Below are positions 38,272 through 45,219 of a stretch of DNA of 45,219 nucleotides, in pieces. A model generated the notes under the pieces. The model saw only the letters and a program-made list of their open reading frames with translations. It had not been told where the DNA came from and did not search any database. A program made the translations under genes and the position numbers. Origin of the DNA: Promethearchaeota archaeon (lineage in GTDB: Archaea; Asgardarchaeota; Lokiarchaeia; Sigyniarchaeales; SOKP01); assembly GCA_019057795.1 (NCBI GenBank), contig JAHLWS010000015.1:1-45219 (forward strand). Reading direction: 5' to 3'. The stretch's first letter is position 1. Every line of letters starts with the position of its first letter.

Positions 38272-39210
38272 TTAAAGTTTCCCTCGTAGGAAGAGCATAA
38301 TTGCTTTTTGACCGTGCAATCTGTTTTCTGCTTGATCAAATACAATTGATTGGGAGCCATCAATAACCTCAGCGGTTTGTTCGTAACCTCGCATTGCTGG
38401 TAAACAATTCATAAAAATAGCGTTTGGTTTCGCGACTTTCATTATTTTTAAGGACACTTGATATGGCATGAAAATCTTCTTTCGTTCCTCCTCTTTTTCA
38501 ACCAGAATGCCGTAAGACATCCAAGAATCTGTATAAATTACATCAGAATTTTTCGCTGCCTCAAAAGCGTTATGAATGATGTTCACTTCTGCTCCAGTCT
38601 CCTTTGAAATTTGAGATACTTCGTCAAGAACTATTTTTTCAGGCGTATATTCTGCGCCTTTAGGACAAGCAACATCTAATTTTAGACCAAACATAGCAGC
38701 TATTCGCATTAAATCGTAGGTAACATTGTTATAGGCGTCTCCAAAGTAAGCTATTTTTAAATCTCCCAGTCTACCTTTCTTTTCTTTAATGGTTAAGAAA
38801 TCCCCAATCATTTGGCAAGGGTGCGCGAAATCATCAAGCATATTGATTATAGGAACATCAGCATATTTGGCTAAATCCCAAATATCTTGTCTCTTAAACA
38901 CTCTTGCTGCTATTAAGTTAACGAATCTTGAGGCTGTTTTTGCGGTATCGTGAATATTTTCTTTCTTGCCAAGAGGAGAATCCTTTATCGAATAGAAAAT
39001 CGCATGACCCCCTAATTGTTGCATTCCCGCTTCAAAAGATATTCTAGTTCTTAGCGATGGTTTTTCAAATATCATTAAAAGCGTTTCTCCTTTTAAGGTA
39101 GTGTCAAATTTATCGGGATTTTTCTTAATTTCTATTGCTTTATTTATAATTTTCTCGCATTCCGCCTTCGAAAGGTCAGAAATTTTTGTTAAATGCCGTA
39201 CCATTTTCAA
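38272..39210 (-). CDS. argF: Ornithine carbamoyltransferase (probably catabolic; start may be the ATG at 39204)
   Basis: KPSLRTR, HPCQ, YTDSWMSY, FMNCLP and DQAENRLH. Lies upstream of carbamate kinase. Confidence 0.94.
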   Translation of the reverse strand: MKMVRHLTKISDLSKAECEKIINKAIEIKKNPDKFDTTLKGETLLMIFEKPSLRTRISFEAGMQQLGGHAIFYSIKDSPLGKKENIHDTAKTASRFVNLIAARVFKRQDIWDLAKYADVPIINMLDDFAHPCQMIGDFLTIKEKKGRLGDLKIAYFGDAYNNVTYDLMRIAAMFGLKLDVACPKGAEYTPEKIVLDEVSQISKETGAEVNIIHNAFEAAKNSDVIYTDSWMSYGILVEKEEERKKIFMPYQVSLKIMKVAKPNAIFMNCLPAMRGYEQTAEVIDGSQSIVFDQAENRLHGQKAIMLFLRGKL

Positions 39211-39297
39211 TACCAGTTTTACTTTACTATTTCTTTATTTGTTTATTTATTAAATTTATTAGTTTAACTTGATTTATAGGATTATTTCTTTTAATCT

Positions 39298-40464
39298 TTA
39301 CTTTAAATCTTCTACTTTATAAAAATCTCGTCCGTACACGAGTTCATTTAAAATTTCTTTATCTTTTGCATTTAACTTATCTGTTAGTAAGCGACTTAAT
39401 AATTCGGCAAGGCCTGGTCCCAGCATAAAACCTTGTCCACATAAACCCACAGCATTAATATATCCTTCAATATTGTTAACTTTACCGATAATTGGATTAC
39501 CATCTGGCGTCATAGGGTACAAACCACGCCATGTTCTCCTGATCTTTATATTCATTAATCTTGGTAATAATTTAACCATACGTTTTGAGATTTGAGGTAA
39601 GTACGAGCTTGTTTCGCGGCGATCTAAGCCGGGTATATTAGGTTCAGGAGTTAAACAAAAGATAATTTTACCTTCTTTATTTTGATAAAAATAATAATTT
39701 TTTGAGTTTCCAAACTTTGCATCTGTGGCAGGTTTAATATCAATTACCATTGTAGAGAAAAATCTTTTAACTGGCTCTGTAATACCTGCTTCATGGCTTT
39801 CTGGAATGACGGGTAAATCAATATCAATCATATTTCCAATGTTTTTAGCGTGACCTCCTGCTGCATTAATTACATATTGTGTTTTATATTCAGCTTTAGT
39901 AGTTTTAACTCCTAAAACGGCTTTATCTTTAGTTATAATGTCAATAACTTTTTCATTAAACTTATATTCAGCTTCTAATTCTTTAGATTTACGATAAAAT
40001 GAATGAAGAGATAATAACGGAGAAGCATTTCCATCTTTAGGACTATATGTGCCTCCTAATAAATCTTTACTGTTAATCCCAGGTATAAGTTCTTTTATTT
40101 TTTCTTTATCTAAGAAATTTATATCTAACCCGTATTCTTTTTGTTGTCGAACTGTATCTTTTAGCATTTTTTCGTGTTCTTCGGTAAAAGCTAAAAAGGA
40201 GTACCCTCCTTGTTCCCACCAGATGTCATCACCATGTAAATCCTTCCAAGTAGAAAAGACTTCTATAGATCTTTGACATAACCATATCTTACTTTTGAGC
40301 GAATGTGTAGCTCGGATCCCTCCAATAGCGTGCTTATTATCCCCTTGGGCAACGGAAGGAAATGAATCTAAAACGAGTGTTTTAAGTCCATTTTCTGCAG
40401 TAGCTAAGGCCGTTGGAACTCCAACACTTCCTGCACCGATAATAATGACATCGTATTCTACCAG
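39298..40464 (-). CDS. FAD-dependent DAO-family oxidoreductase (proline dehydrogenase/sarcosine oxidase beta-like), CTG start, 388 aa
   Basis: The track ORF (to 40167) extends 99 open codons upstream to CTG-VEYDVIIIGAGSVGVPTA (FAD-binding motif). SD GGAGGT 8 nt upstream. RTWRGLYPMTPDG and GQGFMLGP motifs. Confidence 0.9.
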   Translation of the reverse strand: MVEYDVIIIGAGSVGVPTALATAENGLKTLVLDSFPSVAQGDNKHAIGGIRATHSLKSKIWLCQRSIEVFSTWKDLHGDDIWWEQGGYSFLAFTEEHEKMLKDTVRQQKEYGLDINFLDKEKIKELIPGINSKDLLGGTYSPKDGNASPLLSLHSFYRKSKELEAEYKFNEKVIDIITKDKAVLGVKTTKAEYKTQYVINAAGGHAKNIGNMIDIDLPVIPESHEAGITEPVKRFFSTMVIDIKPATDAKFGNSKNYYFYQNKEGKIIFCLTPEPNIPGLDRRETSSYLPQISKRMVKLLPRLMNIKIRRTWRGLYPMTPDGNPIIGKVNNIEGYINAVGLCGQGFMLGPGLAELLSRLLTDKLNAKDKEILNELVYGRDFYKVEDLK

Positions 40465-40466
40465 GA

Positions 40467-42551
40467 TTATTTACCTCCTTTCTTTACTTTTACTCTAGCA
40501 AAAGCACTCATAGGAACTTCTATAAATAATGGCCTACTTGTGCCAGGAATAACTTCTTCTGGTAAGACGCCTTCTTCACGAAAAATCCGATTAATTAACG
40601 GCGTACAAGTCTTCCCGCCGCAGGCACCCATTCCAACTTTCGTCAAAGCTTTTAATTCGTTAAAATCTTTAATTCCATATTGAATCCATTTTCGAATTTC
40701 TCCCACAGATACGCGTTCACACCTACAAACTATAACATCGTCGTCAGTATAGGATTTTTGGTATATCTCTAGGGGTTGATCATACGCAGTTTTTTGAAGT
40801 TTGATAGCAACGGCAATTTTTGCTAATTCCGCAGGAATTTTGACGGTAATTAATAGAGTTTTTGGAAACTCTTTAAGAAATCTTGAGCGTTTAACTTCAA
40901 ATTCTCCTAATTCTCGGTCATCGCTTACAACGATAACTTTTTGCCCAACACTTATTTTTTCAGAAGTTAATTCAAGAGGAAATGTAACTGATGGGTAATC
41001 CTTGTCTTTTCGATAGTCAACTAGCGTCACTGCTAATCCCGGGCATACAGCTACGCACTGTCCGCAGCCTATACAATCCTCTTCGTCTTTAAAATATGGT
41101 AATTGCGTGATTAAGTTATCCACGGTCTCAATCTGTTCTTGAGGGCACACAGATGTGCAAGGATTACATGGGATTTCTTGATTGCAATGAAAGAGAGGAA
41201 AAATACCATCTTCTTTTTCAAATATTGTTGTTTCACTGGGAGCTGGAGGTTTTGCCTTCATAATGTTTGCAAATTTTTCCAATTCATCGATATTTTCTTT
41301 GACCTCGATTCCCATTTCATTTAACATTTTTAGGGCTTCAATTCTTCCAGTAAATATCGCAGCTGACGCTTCAGCAATTTCTTGAGCGTCTCCAGCAACC
41401 CTAACTTTCATATTGAATTCTTTTGCTTTATCATAAAATTCATTAACGGGATTTAACCCTACCGCAATTAAGATAGTATCGCAATTAAATGTTCTTTCAG
41501 TTCGGGGAATAAGTTTAAATTTATCGTCTAATTTACCAATTGTGATCGATTCTACTTTGTTTTGGCCGTTTGCAGAAATTATTGTATGATTAGTATAAAT
41601 GGGAACTCCTAACCTTCTAAGTTTATCTTCATGAACTCTATAACCGCCACATAGAGATAGAGCTTCGATCAAACCAATAACTTCTATATTTGCTTGGATA
41701 GCGTGATATCCCGCAATTAATCCAACATTTCCGCCTCCAACTATGAAAACTTTATCGGCAGCTTTAACGAGATCGCGGTTAACTAAAGTTTGAAATGCAC
41801 CCGCACCGTAAACTCCTGGAAGGGTGTTCCCTGGAAAAACTAACATTTTCTCTCTTGCTCCAGTTGCAATTAACAGATAATTCGGCTTAATTAATATGTA
41901 TTCTTCATTGTTCTTCAAAACACCAACTAAATTGTCGCTAAATACAGCTAAAGCCGTGCTATTGAGTAAAATCTTTACTGAGTTCAACGAATTTACAATG
42001 TCACCAAGAATCTCAGCTATATCAATACCGCGCTTACCAGCATATACATCTTCTTGGGAACCAAAAAATTTGTGCGTTTGAAGCACTAATTTGCCGCCAA
42101 GTCTATTTTTATCGTCAATTAGTACGACATCTATTTCACGCTCTCCAAAAAGTTTTGTAGCCGATAATCCAGCTGGACCCGCACCAATAACAAGAACTTC
42201 TGTGTTAATAATATCGATATCGCCAACTTCTACGGCTCCATCTACGAGAGGTAGTTCTGGTAAGCCATTACAACTTCTTATCTCCATTCCATCTGTTAAA
42301 AGTGTCATACACGCTTTCACTGGAATACCATCGGCGATTACATTGCACTGAGAGCATTGTCCATTAGCACAAAACATTCCCTGAGGACTAGAGTCTTTTA
42401 TGTGATGACCAAAAATTTTAATTTTATTAAGAAATAAAGCAGAAGATATAACCATTCCCTCAAATCCGGTTAATAATTTCCCGTCAAATTTGAATTTAAT
42501 TTTCTTTCTTTCAGGAATTTCCAGGATGGGATGCTTGGTTATGTTTTCCAT
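40467..42551 (-). CDS. Multidomain FAD/Fe-S oxidoreductase (proline dehydrogenase/sarcosine oxidase alpha-like fusion)
   Basis: 2Fe-2S (FCANGQCSQC...C), GAGPAG FAD domain, GGGNVG, ferredoxin (CNPCTSVCP, CIGCGQCVAVCP) and BFD-like (VCRCE...GACGGKTC). Confidence 0.9.
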   Translation of the reverse strand: MENITKHPILEIPERKKIKFKFDGKLLTGFEGMVISSALFLNKIKIFGHHIKDSSPQGMFCANGQCSQCNVIADGIPVKACMTLLTDGMEIRSCNGLPELPLVDGAVEVGDIDIINTEVLVIGAGPAGLSATKLFGEREIDVVLIDDKNRLGGKLVLQTHKFFGSQEDVYAGKRGIDIAEILGDIVNSLNSVKILLNSTALAVFSDNLVGVLKNNEEYILIKPNYLLIATGAREKMLVFPGNTLPGVYGAGAFQTLVNRDLVKAADKVFIVGGGNVGLIAGYHAIQANIEVIGLIEALSLCGGYRVHEDKLRRLGVPIYTNHTIISANGQNKVESITIGKLDDKFKLIPRTERTFNCDTILIAVGLNPVNEFYDKAKEFNMKVRVAGDAQEIAEASAAIFTGRIEALKMLNEMGIEVKENIDELEKFANIMKAKPPAPSETTIFEKEDGIFPLFHCNQEIPCNPCTSVCPQEQIETVDNLITQLPYFKDEEDCIGCGQCVAVCPGLAVTLVDYRKDKDYPSVTFPLELTSEKISVGQKVIVVSDDRELGEFEVKRSRFLKEFPKTLLITVKIPAELAKIAVAIKLQKTAYDQPLEIYQKSYTDDDVIVCRCERVSVGEIRKWIQYGIKDFNELKALTKVGMGACGGKTCTPLINRIFREEGVLPEEVIPGTSRPLFIEVPMSAFARVKVKKGGK

Positions 42552-42595
42552 TTAGAATCATATTTTAAATATTTATTATTATTGATAATAATTAT

Positions 42596-44776
42596 TTATT
42601 GATAAGGAGAGATAACATCAATTACTTCGTCAAAATCAATTCCCAATTTTCGTACCATCTCTATAGTAGGACAACCGTTTTTATTCCAACCTCGTTCTAT
42701 ATAAACCGCGTCTTGAAGCTTTGTATACTGTTCTTCACGATGCTTACGAAGTATTTTAATTTTTTCTTCGGTTGATTTATCATTAACTTTAAACCCTAAC
42801 TCTTTAAGTTGGGTATCATATCTTTCAGCACGACTTTCGTATTCAAGCGGAGTAACTGGTCCAACTGCTCTATAAGGTAGATTTGAATCGTGTTCTCGAA
42901 GTCCTTTACCCAACCTAATGTTAAAAATCCTTTGAAATGTATACACTCTTTCAGACATCTTTATGAGATCTTTCGATGTTGATTGATGTCCCGTAACTGC
43001 TGAATAATATTTAACGTAATTTTCAACGTGATCGGGAATTTTTGCTCGAACTAGTTCCCCCGTTTTAGGATCTTTGATGGGGTAATCTGCTTGACTCGTT
43101 GGTTGGATATCGTTCCACGGTAGCTTGCATAAACCACATAAACTAAACCAGGTCCTCCATAGGGGGAAGTATCTCAGAGCTTTAGCTTTGTCCTCGAATG
43201 TTGGAATCGAGTTTCTAATTACATCGTCAAAGATAAGCCAAGCTTCATCGTGTTGCGGACCTTTATTCGTCAACCCATATCCCCCTTGTTGTGCCAAGGA
43301 TTCTTTAGTTACGTACTCAGAAAACTCTAAACCTTTGTGTTCCATGCCGATATCTTGTACAAATTGAGGATCTGCTCCAAATTTTTCGACAAAGTAGTGT
43401 TTCATATACCTAATACCTTTTCCAACTATAACTCCAAATCCTTCGCCTTTAGCCATGTGGTGAATTAACTCAACCGCAGCTTCAACATCTCCGAAATTTA
43501 ATTCCAACCCTCCAGTCCTTTCTTTATTTAAGATGCCCGCTTCATAACACTCCATAACAAAAGCAATTCCTGTCCCAACTGAAATTGTATCTAATCCGTA
43601 TGTATCGCAGTAAAAGTTTACTTCTAAAACCCATTTTGGGTCCCAAACGCCCCAATTTGACCCACATCCGGCTATTGTTTCGTATTCTGGGCCGTCAACA
43701 ATCAATTTTTGACCTTTGAATGGTCCTGTTAAAACTTCGTAGCCTTCTGAATAATGAGAACAGCTAACAGTGCATCCAATCCAACATCCATCCCCGCCTT
43801 CTTTTCCCGAATATATCTCTCTCATTATCTCTCTGCTATACGGAATATCTTTTCCACTAATTTCTTTGTGTCTTCCGAAGCGATAATTTTCTGTTGGTAA
43901 AAGGTCAGTAACATTCATGATATCGGGAAGATGCCCCGTTCCAACTCTACGCATTTCGTTTTGTAATGGGTCAAGTTTAATTATTTCTTGAGTATGTGCT
44001 ATCCCTATTTTTCTAGCATCTTCTAAATTAGCAGGATTATTAGAACCAACTGTAACTTTTGGAGCGCGACAAACCAATGCTTTAACTTTTTTATCATAAA
44101 AAACGGTCCCAATTCCCCCTCGCCCAGCTTGTTTGCTAGACGCCCATTTACGGCCAGGAACATACCAAGAAAAGTTTAGCATACCCCAATTCGAATGTTT
44201 TGCAGCAGGACCCGTGCTCACTACCGAAATCCGTTGTTTTTCGCGGTTATCTTGTGAGTACAACTCAGTAAGTTGCTGGGTCAATTCGTGAGAATAATTA
44301 GATAACCCATCAGATTCTTCAACTTCTTTGATTTGAACAACACCCTCAACTCCATCTATGTATATTATAACCTCTTTTTGAGCTTTACCTTGAATTTCAA
44401 TTGCATCAAAACCCGAGAATTTTAAATACGGACCGAAATAACCGCCAACATTAGAATCCATGATAATACCCGTTAAAGGAGATATTGTTGTAACAATTGA
44501 TTTCCCCGAACCGGGGTAAAAGATGCTCCCTCCTAAAGGTCCAGAAGAAATGCAAATTTCGTTTTCGGGATCGTTCCATTTAACAATTCTATCTTGAGGA
44601 AGTCCATTCCACATAAGCCAAAGATCAAATCCTTTCCCACCGATAAACTTTTCTTTCATTTCATCAGTGACCGGTTTGATCTGGATATCATTATTAGTAA
44701 GATTAATATATAAGGTTCGATTTACATATCCCTTTTGGACTTCTTGGATTTCATATTTCTTTTCTGTTAATATCAA
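42596..44776 (-). CDS. Aldehyde:ferredoxin oxidoreductase family protein (second, long type)
   Basis: FIGGKG, SPLTG, QAGRGGIG, CWIGCTVSC, GPEYET, YGLDTIS and KGLE. Confidence 0.92.
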   Translation of the reverse strand: MILTEKKYEIQEVQKGYVNRTLYINLTNNDIQIKPVTDEMKEKFIGGKGFDLWLMWNGLPQDRIVKWNDPENEICISSGPLGGSIFYPGSGKSIVTTISPLTGIIMDSNVGGYFGPYLKFSGFDAIEIQGKAQKEVIIYIDGVEGVVQIKEVEESDGLSNYSHELTQQLTELYSQDNREKQRISVVSTGPAAKHSNWGMLNFSWYVPGRKWASSKQAGRGGIGTVFYDKKVKALVCRAPKVTVGSNNPANLEDARKIGIAHTQEIIKLDPLQNEMRRVGTGHLPDIMNVTDLLPTENYRFGRHKEISGKDIPYSREIMREIYSGKEGGDGCWIGCTVSCSHYSEGYEVLTGPFKGQKLIVDGPEYETIAGCGSNWGVWDPKWVLEVNFYCDTYGLDTISVGTGIAFVMECYEAGILNKERTGGLELNFGDVEAAVELIHHMAKGEGFGVIVGKGIRYMKHYFVEKFGADPQFVQDIGMEHKGLEFSEYVTKESLAQQGGYGLTNKGPQHDEAWLIFDDVIRNSIPTFEDKAKALRYFPLWRTWFSLCGLCKLPWNDIQPTSQADYPIKDPKTGELVRAKIPDHVENYVKYYSAVTGHQSTSKDLIKMSERVYTFQRIFNIRLGKGLREHDSNLPYRAVGPVTPLEYESRAERYDTQLKELGFKVNDKSTEEKIKILRKHREEQYTKLQDAVYIERGWNKNGCPTIEMVRKLGIDFDEVIDVISPYQ

Positions 44777-45038
44777 AGAATTTCACTCCATTAAGTTCTG
44801 ATTTTTAAATTAAAAACATAATTTTGAATTATGGATGATTAAATGAGGCGAAAGAATTAAATTTTATTTAATTTTAACCTAGAATTCAATTTATAATTCA
44901 ATAGAATTATTCATTTTATTGCAAAATGACTTCATAAACGAGCAGAATCATGTTTATAACAGTAAAAACCCTAAATTACAGCGTTTTATAACTCTTCAAG
45001 GGTAACGATCGGGTGCAACAGTTTGTTAGGTTCTGTTA

Positions 45039-45219
45039 TTATACCACAGTTATTACTACATTTCCCGTTTTCTGCCCTTTGTCAATATACATATGAGCCT
45101 CGGGAATTTGTTCCAACGGATAGCGTCTACCTATCGCAGTTTTTATCTTCCCCGCCTCAATAAGCTCTTTGAGGTAAATTAAATCTTCAGTCTTCGTGCT
45201 CGCCCCCCCAGCTATTACA
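45039..45219 (-). CDS. C-terminus of an MDR-family NAD(P)-dependent alcohol dehydrogenase/quinone reductase (partial)
   Basis: Manual translation [49 protein letters not shown]. Confidence 0.8.
   Translation of the reverse strand, partial: VIAGGASTKTEDLIYLKELIEAGKIKTAIGRRYPLEQIPEAHMYIDKGQKTGNVVITVV

Overview
AT-rich (about 30% GC by eye) archaeal chromosomal window, most likely from an Asgard archaeon (Lokiarchaeia-like). That assignment rests on a Rab-like small GTPase, a UGA-recoded selenoprotein with a eukaryote-type 3'-UTR SECIS, a metamonad-type ornithine carbamoyltransferase and tungsten AOR enzymes. The window is dominated by anaerobic amino-acid catabolism. (1) A lysine fermentation cluster (kat-like aminotransferase, kce, kdd, kamA, kamB, kamD, kamE) lacks kal and kamC and is interleaved with toxin-antitoxin modules. 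(2) An arginine/ornithine/proline block holds an AOR, a fused proline-dehydrogenase-like alpha subunit, a beta subunit, OTC, carbamate kinase and ornithine aminotransferase, next to an EamA transporter fused to an Lrp/AsnC ligand-binding domain. (3) Also present are Fe-ADH plus AOR, several SDRs, an ABC exporter, an SLC13/ArsB-type permease and four TA pairs. Reading the DNA directly recovers elements the ORF track misses or truncates: a UxxC peroxiredoxin-like selenoprotein (5306-5818) with its SECIS, a secreted repeat protein (1-629), a 10-Cys mini-protein with no ATG, a CTG-started oxidoreductase, a nonsense-split PHP gene, and two diverged 3'-end gene remnants. All family calls come from motif recognition, not database searches.
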